A DNA stretch of 64,000 nt from Desulfobacterales bacterium. Lineage in GTDB: Bacteria > Desulfobacterota > Desulfobacteria > Desulfobacterales > UBA2174. The translations under genes were made by a program, and so were the position numbers. The first letter of the stretch is position 1; each line of letters begins with the position of its first letter. The stretch covers positions 736,001-800,000 of the forward strand of contig CAXXWC010000021.1 of the NCBI GenBank assembly GCA_963668645.2, in the 5' to 3' direction. Under the pieces are notes generated by a model. It was not told the DNA's origin, did not search any database, and saw nothing but the letters and a program-made list of their open reading frames with translations. This document shows, in pieces, positions 35,081 through 45,180 of the stretch.

Positions 35081-35611
35081 CTAGGCCCTGATTCTGATTT
35101 CCAGAACACCGTTTTTAAATGTCCACTGCATCTTTTCTTCTGCCACCGACCGGGGCAAAAGGATCTCTTTGTGGTATTTTCGGACCCCGGCCTCGGCGCT
35201 CAGCACCAGGATATCGCCTTGCAGCTCCAGCCGTATGTCGTCCCTGGCAACGCCCGGCATCTCGGCAATCACCTGAAGTTCATCCGGAGATTCGAAAACA
35301 TCCACCATGGGCTCGCGGATCGGCTCTACCACCGGTCCCTTGGGAGTTCTTTTAATGTTGCCGAACTGGGAAACAGATGACCGGCCGTCGCTCATCGTTC
35401 TTACGTTGATGCCGTAAACGGCTTTCAGGTCCTTGAGCCCCTTGAGTTGTCCCAATTCGCCGAGGTCGATTTGGCCATTTCGCCGGATCTCTTCACTCTT
35501 TTCGGCAAGCCGTCCGGCGGCCTCCAGAAGTGTTGAAAGCCCCTTGAACACCCCTCCCAGGCCTAAGTCAAAACTTCCTCCCTCTTCCTTATCCCTGTCT
35601 TTGCCTGCCAT
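35081..35611 (-). CDS. Hsp20/alpha-crystallin protein (GvpH-like)
   Basis: REPMVDVFE...VIAEMPGV...FKNGVLEI. AAGGAG RBS before MAGKD. Confidence 0.88.
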   Translation of the reverse strand: MAGKDRDKEEGGSFDLGLGGVFKGLSTLLEAAGRLAEKSEEIRRNGQIDLGELGQLKGLKDLKAVYGINVRTMSDGRSSVSQFGNIKRTPKGPVVEPIREPMVDVFESPDELQVIAEMPGVARDDIRLELQGDILVLSAEAGVRKYHKEILLPRSVAEEKMQWTFKNGVLEIRIRA

Positions 35612-35673
35612 GCGTAGCTCCTTTCCGAACAATCGCGGATGAACCTCAAAATCCGACAACCGATCCCTTCCCA

Positions 35674-36423
35674 TTACAGTTTCATCTTAATATTGATGAA
35701 ATTAAACGGGGGGGCCGGTCCGATACAGGTAAAATCGGCCCGATCCGCGTAAGGCTCAACCATGCTTTCAAGGAGAAAATCGAACTGTTTCTCACGGGTG
35801 CGGTCGATCAGGAAAGCGGCATTGAGGAACATGTCGTCCCCCACCGTTTCGTTTTGCCGGCAATCGAGCACCGCCCGGGCCAGTCCCCTCACGATTTGAG
35901 CGGCCTCGTCCTGTTTTTTTCTTCTTAAGGCCTCTTGGACGGCCTTTCCCAAGCCGAGCTTGTAAGCTTCTTCATCCGTATCCGGGTTGCGGGGCCGCGC
36001 TTTCATCTCCCGGACCAGGGCATCGTCTTGAGCGATGGCGGAAAAAACCGCTTTCATATCCGTCCAGCGTGCCTTGAGCCCCATTTCCACCTTGTTGTCC
36101 AAGTCTTTGAGCAGGCCTCTGAACTCGGAGTAACGCTTTCTCAAAAAACCACGGACCTCTTCCGCATTGTCGGCGATGGTGCAGAAACGCACCGGCAGAA
36201 CCGTATGGCATTTCATCACCTCTTCGATCACCAACTCATGGGCCGTCAGGTTTTCACGGTTGATGACGAACTGGTCCAGCGGCGAGTTGCTGATGGCCGC
36301 GCTAATGTCGTTGTACCCGATAGTGGTGACCAGATCTCCGCGCTGGCCGATGCCGATGGGACCGAAATGGCGGCCATCGTTACCATCGAGAATGCAGTAA
36401 ATATATTTCCCATCCCTGGCCAT
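35674..36423 (-). CDS. GvpL/GvpF family protein
   Basis: KYIYCI, AHELVIE, LPVRFCT, EMGLK, NAAFLI, GPAPPFNF. Confidence 0.9.
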   Translation of the reverse strand: MARDGKYIYCILDGNDGRHFGPIGIGQRGDLVTTIGYNDISAAISNSPLDQFVINRENLTAHELVIEEVMKCHTVLPVRFCTIADNAEEVRGFLRKRYSEFRGLLKDLDNKVEMGLKARWTDMKAVFSAIAQDDALVREMKARPRNPDTDEEAYKLGLGKAVQEALRRKKQDEAAQIVRGLARAVLDCRQNETVGDDMFLNAAFLIDRTREKQFDFLLESMVEPYADRADFTCIGPAPPFNFINIKMKL

Positions 36424-36466
36424 CGACCCCTCCCCACCCCTCGAAAACAGCACAATTCATCCTGGT

Positions 36467-36793
36467 TCAGTAATCGACTTTCATCCTCTGGATGGATTTG
36501 GGCCGGCTGGGGACATCGCAACCTGCGGTCTTGCGCGAGGTTTTTTTCCTGGCTCTGCCCGTGGAGCACCTTCCTTTGATAGCCGACATGTTTTCCTCGA
36601 TCATCTTGATCCGTTCCATGATTTTGGCCTTGCGCTGCAACACGCTGCCGAGTTCTTTTTCTAAAAGTGCCCGATTGTTTTCAAGAATGTATAGCTGCAA
36701 CTGATCGGCACCCCGGTCGCTTCCGGGAATGGCACCCTGCTTGCGCGTCCTTAGGGTTTTGATGGCCGCAAGTCCTTTCATCTGTCTTTCCAT
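36467..36793 (-). CDS. GvpV-like coiled-coil protein
   Basis: Immediately after gvpN. LQLYILENNRALLEKEL resembles the GvpV core; C-terminus ends in DY. Confidence 0.6.
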   Translation of the reverse strand: MERQMKGLAAIKTLRTRKQGAIPGSDRGADQLQLYILENNRALLEKELGSVLQRKAKIMERIKMIEENMSAIKGRCSTGRARKKTSRKTAGCDVPSRPKSIQRMKVDY

Positions 36794-36854
36794 GCCAGGG
36801 GTCCCTTCTAAGTTCAGTTTCGGTGAAAAATCCTGCTGCGGAACGGCAAACGTC

Positions 36855-37775
36855 CTAACAATGCTGATTGATCAGTTCATCGATCGCCGCTTTAACCCGG
36901 ACTTGGCCGCCGATGGTACCGATACGGCTGGTCTCGGAGGCCAGGATATCCATACAGGTCTGCTTGAACACCGGATTACTCCGATCAACAGGGGTCTTTC
37001 TCACCGAAAGGGTCTTGGCGATCATGATGCACCCGCGGATGGTGGGGGCAAATTCATAGGTGTTCGATTCCCGCAATCCTCGAACGATCCGCACGATCTT
37101 TCCGGCATCACCATTGTTCAGACCGGATTTGTTTTCGGTAATCCGAATTTCCGTCTCTTCATCGAAGTTATCCAGGTCCATTGTGATCATCCGGTCCCGC
37201 AGGGCATCCTGGCTGCGGTGAACGCCGGCGTATTCTTCCGGATTGCTCGTAAAAATGGCGGTAAAATGGGGGTTCACCTTCAGATAGCCGCTGTCCACTT
37301 CCCCGCGGGCCGCCGGCAAGTCCAGCATCCGTTCCTGAAGCACCGACAAAAGGACATTGTTGGCTTCAGGCCGGGACCTTGTGAACTCGTCATAAATCAG
37401 GGTGAAGCCATGCTTGCAGGCTACCGTCAGGCGGTTGTCCACCCACCGTTTTTTCATCTCCTCTTCGGTTTTGAGAACCGTATGGATGAAATTATCCACC
37501 ACTTTGCGCGATCGGAACCCGAATTCCCCGCCGATCAGGTCCGAGGTGGAAAACTCTTCGTCTCCGTGTATCAACACCACCGGCCGTCCGATTTTGGCCG
37601 CCACATGCATCGCCAGAGTCGTTTTTCCACTCCCTGAAATCCCCCGGAAATGGATGGGAAACCCAGCGGCGATATAGGCCATGGCCCGTTCCGTGATATC
37701 CCGAACAAAGGGAGTCTCAACGAAATTGGGCAAAGCACGTGGTTCCAGTACGGTGGCTCTCTCCTCGGTCAGCAT
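36855..37775 (-). CDS. gvpN: Gas vesicle AAA ATPase GvpN
   Basis: GISGSGKTTLA, VVDNFIH, WVDNRLT.AC..GFTLIYDEFTRSRPEANN, FTSNPEEYAGVH.SQDAL.DR. Confidence 0.96.
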   Translation of the reverse strand: MLTEERATVLEPRALPNFVETPFVRDITERAMAYIAAGFPIHFRGISGSGKTTLAMHVAAKIGRPVVLIHGDEEFSTSDLIGGEFGFRSRKVVDNFIHTVLKTEEEMKKRWVDNRLTVACKHGFTLIYDEFTRSRPEANNVLLSVLQERMLDLPAARGEVDSGYLKVNPHFTAIFTSNPEEYAGVHRSQDALRDRMITMDLDNFDEETEIRITENKSGLNNGDAGKIVRIVRGLRESNTYEFAPTIRGCIMIAKTLSVRKTPVDRSNPVFKQTCMDILASETSRIGTIGGQVRVKAAIDELINQHC

Positions 37776-37968
37776 ACAATCCTCCTGTGCCTGTCAAAAA
37801 TCCTTATTCGGGTACAGAGCCCCGAAGAGATCCACTCCGGTCCTCCGACCAAATCCGCAAGTCCCGCAGGTGATGAAAACCGGCTGCATCAGTTTTCAGC
37901 CTTTCTTCATGCAGGGCGCCCCCATTTTCACAGGGACGCCCCCAATACGAGTCGTCCAATAGGCAGGG

Positions 37969-39348
37969 TTACAAAGCGAAATAAGAGGTCTCTTCCTTGC
38001 GCACCGCTTCTTCATCCATCAGTTCACGCATAACCGGAATCAGGGAGCGCCAGTTGGGAAGTCCCACCATTTCGGAAAGTTCAACCATTTTGAGGCCTTC
38101 CGGATGGGCCCGGAGAAGGTCCAAAATCTCCTCGGCCAGGCTGTCCTGCGCCTGTTGGGCTTCTTGATCGGGCGCTTTTTCCTCGGATTCCTCGGACGGT
38201 TGATCCGAATCCGCTGCGGTTTCGATCGGAATTGAAGTCTCAGGCACAAAAGTCGCCTGCGACGTCTCCTCGACCGGGGCTTGCCGGACAGCCGGCGCTT
38301 CATCGGCAGGGGCGGCCTCTGTTTTTGCCGTTTCGACTTTTCCCGCCGGTGAAACTTCTTCCGTAACTGTCGGCGATTCAGCCCGCATGGCGCCGAGAAT
38401 CTCCCGCCAGGCGGCTGCCCCTTGGGTGCGGTTTTGATTCAATTCTCCCAAGAACGCTCTGACCACGTCCAAGGTCGCCTCGCGGAATTGGCCCAAGCGA
38501 TTGTGCAGGTCCCGAGCCATTTCCCGCAGTTCTCCCCGGACCCTGCGTTGCCGGTCTTGGTCCGCCTTTTGCAATTCCGTCCTGAAACGCCGCAGATCTT
38601 GATTCAGGCCGTCAAAAAGCGTGCCCAGCTCCACCCGTAACTCCTTGAAATGCCTTTGGGATTCTATTTTTCTTTTCTTTTCTCCCTTCACCAGGTCGCT
38701 CTGAAATTGGCGCAGCCCCTGCCTGACGGTACCGAGGCGGGCACTAAGGGTTTCCGAGATGTCCTGCAGCTCTTGCCGGACCTGTTGTTTTCGCTGTTGC
38801 TCGGACCGGGCGAGGTCTGCCTGAAATGTCCGAATATCCCCCATCAGAGTGGCCAAGTTGGCCTTGAGCACCTGCGCTGTTTCCTGCCGGGCTTCACGAA
38901 AGGTTGTCAGAAGGCCCCGCGTTTCTTGCCGGATACCGCCGATCAGGTCCGTTCTGGCCTTGATCTGCTCTGCGGCCTCCTGCCGGCGCCGGTCCTCATC
39001 GGCGTCCAAATCCTGTTTGCCCTGCTGCAGCTCGGTTCGGAACTGCCCCAGTTGCTGGCGTAGCGTATCCCGGACCTCCTGGCGGCGTGCCGCCACATCC
39101 TGCAAAAGGCTCCGGGTCACCTGCCTCAAATCGGCCACCCCCTCCTGGCATTCCACCTTGAAACGGGTCAGCTCTTCGCGAAGCCCCTTGGCGTCATTTC
39201 GGCGCGTCTCGCAAAAATCGTTCACAAGCGCCTTGCTCTCCTCTTTCAACACGCTCACCCCTGCCTTCAAGTCATCCATGGCCAGGATCCGCGCTTCGTA
39301 ACTGGCTGCGATCTCTTCGGCCAGCCGACGTAATTCGCCTTCCATCAT
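37969..39348 (-). CDS. GvpC-like helical repeat protein with C-terminal winged-helix-like domain
   Basis: Lies between gvpA and gvpN. Recurring L(R/G)xF(R/Q)x(E/D)L helical repeats, an acidic linker, and a C-terminal LAEEILDLLRAHPEGLKMVEL domain. Confidence 0.65.
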   Translation of the reverse strand: MMEGELRRLAEEIAASYEARILAMDDLKAGVSVLKEESKALVNDFCETRRNDAKGLREELTRFKVECQEGVADLRQVTRSLLQDVAARRQEVRDTLRQQLGQFRTELQQGKQDLDADEDRRRQEAAEQIKARTDLIGGIRQETRGLLTTFREARQETAQVLKANLATLMGDIRTFQADLARSEQQRKQQVRQELQDISETLSARLGTVRQGLRQFQSDLVKGEKKRKIESQRHFKELRVELGTLFDGLNQDLRRFRTELQKADQDRQRRVRGELREMARDLHNRLGQFREATLDVVRAFLGELNQNRTQGAAAWREILGAMRAESPTVTEEVSPAGKVETAKTEAAPADEAPAVRQAPVEETSQATFVPETSIPIETAADSDQPSEESEEKAPDQEAQQAQDSLAEEILDLLRAHPEGLKMVELSEMVGLPNWRSLIPVMRELMDEEAVRKEETSYFAL

Positions 39349-39561
39349 GTCTGTACCTCCTTTACCATTAATTCAGTTTTGGGATCCCAGACATGCTTGA
39401 GCAGTCTTTTGTATGGCTGTGTCGAGGGGCCCGGCGGGGCACCTCGACAAACTCAAGGATATCCGATGGATTGCAAATTGCGGACCGGACGGAAACCCAT
39501 TTCCCGTAACCGATCGGCATACGACCGTTAAAGAACCTGGCACCCGGCCTACGAGGCGTTT

Positions 39562-40227
39562 CTATCCCCCCAGCACGGTCTGCCACTTGGACTGGACCTT
39601 TTCCCGGACAGTTCCCAAATCCTGGAGGATGTTCAGGATATCGCTGTCTTTGCCGGCCTGGTGGGTCTTTAAAACCCGCAACATGCCTTTGAAGTCCTGG
39701 AGCTTTATGCGATCTCCCTTGCAAAGAAGGGATTTGAGGCTTTCCCGAAGTTCTTCCTGGCCAAGCTGAAATTCCTTCAGCGACAGCAAAATCACCCGTT
39801 CCCGCTCCTTCTGTCTGCGAAAAATATCCTGGCGAATCTCTTTGATATCGTTAAGCCTGCCGTCGCCTTCCTGTTGCAGGATCGCCCGCAGGCGCCGGAT
39901 CATCTCGCTTTCTTCTTTCTGAAAGCATTGCAGGCAATCTCTGACGTTCCGGGCCTGCACCGCCTGGGACTCCATAACATCTTTGATCATCCGCTCGAAA
40001 TCGGCCTTTCGAAGGCTGCCGGCCCTGGCCAAATTCTCCTGAAGGCGCCTCATCATGTCTTCGAGTTCATCCTGGTATGTGCTCAGAAAAAAATAGGCCT
40101 GCCTCATCAGTGCGTTGACCGTTTCCACCCGAACAGCGTAAGCATCCAGGATACTAGTGGCTAGTGCACTCAGGCTTTCTTCAGTTGTCGGACCACTGAC
40201 CACGTCACACCCAAGCTGGCCGTACAT
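39562..40227 (-). CDS. Helical/coiled-coil hypothetical protein
   Basis: 221 aa charged helical ORF with a GGGG RBS. Its N-terminal motif resembles that of the adjacent GvpC-like protein. Confidence 0.7.
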   Translation of the reverse strand: MYGQLGCDVVSGPTTEESLSALATSILDAYAVRVETVNALMRQAYFFLSTYQDELEDMMRRLQENLARAGSLRKADFERMIKDVMESQAVQARNVRDCLQCFQKEESEMIRRLRAILQQEGDGRLNDIKEIRQDIFRRQKERERVILLSLKEFQLGQEELRESLKSLLCKGDRIKLQDFKGMLRVLKTHQAGKDSDILNILQDLGTVREKVQSKWQTVLGG

Positions 40228-40522
40228 TCAAGCCCCCATCAATTTACAGTTTTCTTCCCACGCACGTGCAGGGCAACGAAATGCAATCCAAAAGGCCGTT
40301 GACAAATCAGGCACACCTCGTAGCTTTTTCATAGAAAACACCACCGAAGGGAGGTCTGTCAGATTTACCAGCGGCCTTTTAAAGCACTTGGAGATTTGAG
40401 ATATGCTCGTGAGGTCTGGTCGGCTTTTCAACTTTCAGGCCTGGCCTGCGGAAGGGCTCGTGCGCTTCCGCGCCCCCAAGGATATCTGGCAATCTCCCTT
40501 CTTTATGGGAGAGGGGATCCGG

Positions 40523-40726
40523 CTACGCGGTGGCCGTCAGTCCCACGGCTTCCGCATACTTGAGGTAGGTCTCGACACCGGCCACAACCGCGCGGGCCTC
40601 AATAGCCAGCAGTTCGATGCCCACCAGGGAGACCCTGGCCCAAGCATCCACCACCACACCTTTGTCCAGGATACGGTCCACCACCTCTGCCAAACTGGAC
40701 GATGCCATCGATTTTTCCATTGCCAT
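40523..40726 (-). CDS. gvpA: Gas vesicle shell protein GvpA (copy 2)
   Basis: [62 protein letters not shown]. Confidence 0.97.
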   Translation of the reverse strand: MAMEKSMASSSLAEVVDRILDKGVVVDAWARVSLVGIELLAIEARAVVAGVETYLKYAEAVGLTATA

Positions 40727-40807
40727 GGTCTTTTCTCCTTATTCCTGTTTGATTTGTTCTAACTTGCGCAAATGTTGACCCAGTTATTCAGGAAGAATGC
40801 CCCTCGT

Positions 40808-41011
40808 TCAGGCGGTTGCCGTCAGGCCAACCGCTTCCGCATACTTGAGGTAGGTCTCGACACCAGCCACAACCGCTCTGGCCTCAATGGCCAGCAGTTC
40901 GATGCCCACCAGGGAAACCCTGGCCCAGGCATCCACCACCACACCCTTGTCCAGGATCCGGTCCACCACCTCGGCCAGGCTGGACGATGCCATCGATTTT
41001 TCCATTGCCAT
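40808..41011 (-). CDS. gvpA: Gas vesicle shell protein GvpA (copy 1)
   Basis: Protein identical to copy 2. Strong AAGGAGGTG RBS. Confidence 0.97.
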   Translation of the reverse strand: MAMEKSMASSSLAEVVDRILDKGVVVDAWARVSLVGIELLAIEARAVVAGVETYLKYAEAVGLTATA

Positions 41012-41048
41012 GCGCTTTCACCTCCTTTCTTATGTTGATTTTCTTTGC

Positions 41049-41441
41049 CTAAAAGGCGAGGCCGACACTATTCTTCGCCCTGTCCACGGCCTGCCGACAA
41101 AGACGGACTAATTCTTTGATGTCGAACGGTTTTTCAAGAAAAGCAAAGGCCCCCGCCCCCATGAATGCCTCTCTGGCTTCCTGGAGGGCTGAAATGCCGA
41201 TGACCGGCGCACTGCACCCCGTCGCCTGGATGCCCTCGAGCACCGATACCCCTGAACGATCCGGAAGAAAATAATTGAGCAGAATGAGCCGGATGTCCGG
41301 CATCCGCTTCACCATCTCCAGCGCGTCTCTGCCATTGGTGACCCCTTCCACCTCAAAAGCGGCGTTTTCCAGCACATTGGCGGTTGCCCAGAGCATCTCT
41401 TCGGAATCTTCCACGACCAGCACTTTAAGGTGATTATCCAT
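41049..41441 (-). CDS. Single-domain receiver protein, atypical
   Basis: VLVVEDS...LILLNYFLP...EKPF. Asn sits at the usual phospho-Asp position. Confidence 0.85.
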   Translation of the reverse strand: MDNHLKVLVVEDSEEMLWATANVLENAAFEVEGVTNGRDALEMVKRMPDIRLILLNYFLPDRSGVSVLEGIQATGCSAPVIGISALQEAREAFMGAGAFAFLEKPFDIKELVRLCRQAVDRAKNSVGLAF

Positions 41442-41555
41442 CGGTTCATCTCAAAAGAGCGTTAGCCCGGCGTTAAAATTTTATCCGGCCGTGCACTTGT
41501 GCACCAATCGGATTATCGGCACTTTGCACTTTGCTTAACACTCTTTTAAAGACAT

Positions 41556-41571
41556 TGCGAATTGCGTGCCT
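41556..41571 (-). promoter_or_regulatory. sigma-54 (-24/-12) promoter for the receiver-gvpA operon
   Basis: Minus strand AGGCACGCAATTCGCA has GG-N10-GC with GGCACG. Adjacent to the activator gene; an IHF-like TATCATCCAGTTA lies at 41600-41612. Confidence 0.75.
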
Positions 41572-41794
41572 GGACTGATACTTTTTCTAATAACTTTGGT
41601 ATCATCCAGTTATAACAAGTTTTCTATTCTTGCTTAAGAAGCCCGGAGAGTGGGAGTGCAACACAAAAGAGGGCCGCTGCGCTATGGCGCGTAAGCCATA
41701 GTTGGGGCAAAAAGACCATACCTCCAAGTTTTACGATTCCATCGTGGTGCGGCGCGCGAATAGATTGTACCACATTCTCCTTGACGACAAATTG

Positions 41795-43189
41795 TTACAA
41801 CTGCTTGATCTTGCGCAGGAGCGTCTTATAGTCAACGCCCAACCTTCTGGCGGTTTCGCTTTTGTTCCCGTTAAACTTTGCCAGCGCTTCCTGAATGATC
41901 CTGTTCTCCAGTTCTTGAGTTGCAGCACAAACGATTGCCTTGAGCGAAGACTTCCCCTCCCATACCTCCTGGAGAACCGGTGGTGCCGTGAACCCCGCTT
42001 TTAGCGAAGTATCCTCAGCGGCAAAAGAGAAGTGCTCCGGTTTGATGGAACAACCGTTTTCGGCAAGTAGCACGGCCTGGCGGATGACATTGCGCAATTC
42101 CCGGACATTGCCGGGCCAGTTGTACGCGGTCAGCGCCTGAACCGCCTCAAAAGACAGCGGGCCGGATTTTTTGGTCAACTCCTCCTGGGCTTCCTGCATG
42201 AATCGGTTGGCCAGATAAGCGATGTCGTCGGTTCTCTCTCTCAGAGAAGGGACCCGGAGGGCAAATTCCCTCAATCGAAAGTACAGATCCGCACGAAATC
42301 TTCCATATTCTATCTCCTGGTCCAGCGGCCGGTTAGCGGCCGCAATGATGCGGACATTGATTGGCCGCTGCTGCTTGGCCCCAAGCCTTTGTATGGCCCG
42401 CTCCTGCAGTACCCGCAGCAGCTTTTGCTGCGCCGCGTAAGGCAGGTTTTCCACTTCGTCGAGAAACAGGGTCCCCCCGTCTGCCAATTCGAATTGCCCC
42501 GGCTTGTCTGAAACGGCACCGGTAAAAGCGCCCCGGACATATCCGAACAGTTCGCTTTCGATGAGGGTCTCTGGAATGGCACCGCAGTCGACGGCCACAA
42601 ACGGCCGCTGAGCGTCAGCAGGCGCGCTGAACTGATGAAGTGCCCGTGCCACCAGTTCCTTGCCGGCCCCGCTCTCGCCCTCGATCAATACCGTAAAGGG
42701 GGTCGGTGCCACCTTTTCCACCAGTTCCTCCAGCTTGCGAATCTGATCGCTGTGCCCCATGAGTTCGAAAAGCGATGCGCGTTCGGCTAAAATTTTGCGA
42801 AGGTGCTCCACCTCGCGAGTCAGGTCCCTGCTTTGCAAGGCCCTTTGAATGGTAAAGAGCAGGTCGTTGTTGTCCACCGGCTTGGTCGCATAATCATAAA
42901 CCCCTAGCTTCATGGCGCTCACCGCAGACCGGACCTCTCCGTAGGCCGTGAGCATGACGATGGGGATACCCGGGGCAATCTTAAGAAGTCGGGCCGCTAC
43001 TTCGAGGCCATCGGCCCCCGGCATACGGTAATCGAGAAGAATGAGGTCGGGAATTGCATGTTTCAACAGATGCAGGGCAGCCCGGCCATCTTCGGCCTCC
43101 AGGATTTCGTATCCTGCGTTGCGCAACACATTGCCTGTGACCCACCGGAAATCTGCGTCGTCGTCCACCAGAAGGATTTTTATCGGCAT
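41795..43189 (-). CDS. NtrC-family sigma-54 enhancer-binding response regulator
   Basis: Receiver, [37 protein letters not shown], Fis-type HTH. Confidence 0.96.
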   Translation of the reverse strand: MPIKILLVDDDADFRWVTGNVLRNAGYEILEAEDGRAALHLLKHAIPDLILLDYRMPGADGLEVAARLLKIAPGIPIVMLTAYGEVRSAVSAMKLGVYDYATKPVDNNDLLFTIQRALQSRDLTREVEHLRKILAERASLFELMGHSDQIRKLEELVEKVAPTPFTVLIEGESGAGKELVARALHQFSAPADAQRPFVAVDCGAIPETLIESELFGYVRGAFTGAVSDKPGQFELADGGTLFLDEVENLPYAAQQKLLRVLQERAIQRLGAKQQRPINVRIIAAANRPLDQEIEYGRFRADLYFRLREFALRVPSLRERTDDIAYLANRFMQEAQEELTKKSGPLSFEAVQALTAYNWPGNVRELRNVIRQAVLLAENGCSIKPEHFSFAAEDTSLKAGFTAPPVLQEVWEGKSSLKAIVCAATQELENRIIQEALAKFNGNKSETARRLGVDYKTLLRKIKQL

Positions 43190-45114
43190 TGGCTTCCTCT
43201 TTCATCGCGACCGTCCGATGCCGCATCGGGAAAAGGCACCGCCCGCGAAAGGCAGATGGAAATACATGTCCCCCCGCTATCCGGGCACGCCACAAGGATT
43301 TCACCGCCGTGCTCCTGCACAATCGAATGGCAGATGCTCAACCCCAGCCCGGTCCCACCATCCTTGGTGGAAAAAAAAGGGTCAAAAATGCGCTGCCGGT
43401 AATCGGGAGGAATCCCCGGGCCATCGTCCGCAATGTCCACTTGAATGCCGTCCCGGTTTTCATCGAGAGTGGTGCGAATAGTTACGATTCCCCTTCCACC
43501 AATGGCTTGTACAGCGTTCATGATGACGTTGAGAAAAACCTGTTTCAGTTTATCTTCATCTGCGCTAACCCGTGGCAGCCCGGTCTGAAGATCCATTGTA
43601 AAGGATGTCTTGTGGGCCTGGAGTTCAAAGCCGGCCATTTCAACTGCTCCCGACAACAGATTGTTAATGTCCACCTCTTTCACCAGAAGCCGGGAGGGCC
43701 TGGCAAAGTTGAGCAGTTCTTCAATAAGACGGTTTGCCCGCCGACTGTTGCGGAAAATCACCTGAAGATTTTCCTGAAGGGAACGGTGGACCTGCATGTT
43801 GTCAAGGCAAAATTGCGCACAGGAACTGATGACAGCCAGAGGGTTCTTAAGCTCATGGGCCAGCCCTGCGGCCAGTCGTCCGAGAGAGGTCAGTTTTTCC
43901 GAACGGTCCATCAGTTCAGTGATCCGTTTTTGTTCGGTGATATCGGAAAAAGACCCCATGACACAAAAAGGCTCGCCGGTATCACTCTTTACCAGGGTGA
44001 TAGAAACATGAAAATCTCTTATGCTGCCATCCTTGCGGCGCCCCTTCATCTCAGATGCGCCCTGCCCCCCGGCAAGAATCGTTTCCAGGAAAGGCCTGTC
44101 TTTATCACCGTTTGGCAAGTGGAAAAATTCCTGGATGGAATGCCACCAGACATCCTCCTCAGATTCATATCCGAATATTCTGAGAAAAGACCGGTTGATA
44201 TCGGTGATAACCCCATTATGATCGGCAAAAAAGAATCCATTGTCAGAGGCGGCGATGGCCAGGTCCTTGATTCTGAGATTCTCTTCCGCACGAATCCGCT
44301 CGGAGATATCCCTCAACACCGCTAGCATGGCCGGTTTCCCTTCCCACAGGGTTTGGGCAAGGCTCATTTCCACCCAGAAACAGGCCCGGTCTTTGGACAA
44401 CATCCGGAAACGGATCAAGCGTTCCACTTCCTCAACCTTGCGGTGCCGGCGAAAAAACGCCATCACACGGTCGAAGTCGTCGGGATGAATGATGTCAACC
44501 AGAGGGAGCTTAAGCAGTTCCGCCTCCGAATAACCGGAGAGCGATACGGCCCGGGGGTTGGCATAGCGGATAAATCCCCCCCGCCCCACCAAGATCATAT
44601 CCCGGGAGCGTTCCACCATGTCTCGCCATCTGAGCTGGGATCCGCGAAATTCGAAGGTCCTCTCCGTATCGTTTTTTTCCAGCAGATGGATTCTTTCCGC
44701 CAGTTCCTCCCTCGTGGCGGCAAGGCCCCTTCGCATTTCCTGCTTGGCGACGGCTCTTTTGATAGCATTTTTGACCGCCACCATCTCAAACGGTTTGAGG
44801 ATATAATCCAAAGCTCCCTTTTCCGGGATGGTCTTTATCAGTGGATCGAAATCGAGATATCCCGTAACCATCAGTATCCCTACCGCGGGTGCGATGCGTT
44901 GGATTTCCTTCAGGGTCTCGATTCCATCCATCACCGGCATGGAAACATCCAAAATCGCCAATATAACGTCATGTTGCCGGATCAGCTCCACGGCCTCTGC
45001 ACCGTTGGTGGCCTGGAGCGTAACGAATCCTTCGGCTTCAAGGGCCGTTGCAAGCAGGGTCCGAATGGTGCTCTCATCATCGGCGATTAAAATTTTGCGC
45101 GATGCCATAATCAA
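43180..45114 (-). CDS. REC-PAS-PAS histidine kinase
   Basis: Receiver, two PAS domains, H-box LAHELKNPL, HATPase. Overlaps the activator start. Confidence 0.92.
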   Translation of the reverse strand: MIMASRKILIADDESTIRTLLATALEAEGFVTLQATNGAEAVELIRQHDVILAILDVSMPVMDGIETLKEIQRIAPAVGILMVTGYLDFDPLIKTIPEKGALDYILKPFEMVAVKNAIKRAVAKQEMRRGLAATREELAERIHLLEKNDTERTFEFRGSQLRWRDMVERSRDMILVGRGGFIRYANPRAVSLSGYSEAELLKLPLVDIIHPDDFDRVMAFFRRHRKVEEVERLIRFRMLSKDRACFWVEMSLAQTLWEGKPAMLAVLRDISERIRAEENLRIKDLAIAASDNGFFFADHNGVITDINRSFLRIFGYESEEDVWWHSIQEFFHLPNGDKDRPFLETILAGGQGASEMKGRRKDGSIRDFHVSITLVKSDTGEPFCVMGSFSDITEQKRITELMDRSEKLTSLGRLAAGLAHELKNPLAVISSCAQFCLDNMQVHRSLQENLQVIFRNSRRANRLIEELLNFARPSRLLVKEVDINNLLSGAVEMAGFELQAHKTSFTMDLQTGLPRVSADEDKLKQVFLNVIMNAVQAIGGRGIVTIRTTLDENRDGIQVDIADDGPGIPPDYRQRIFDPFFSTKDGGTGLGLSICHSIVQEHGGEILVACPDSGGTCISICLSRAVPFPDAASDGRDERGSQCR

Positions 45115-45180
45115 GCCTCACAGGAGCCCGCGCCCTGTCATTGTTCCCTGGGGCGCTGCCATAAACACCGGCCATCCTTT

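Noticed and set aside
39368..39560. Small ORF between the two helical genes
   Set aside because: No convincing RBS or protein features; the region contains a hairpin (39420-39449) and is probably an mRNA structure.
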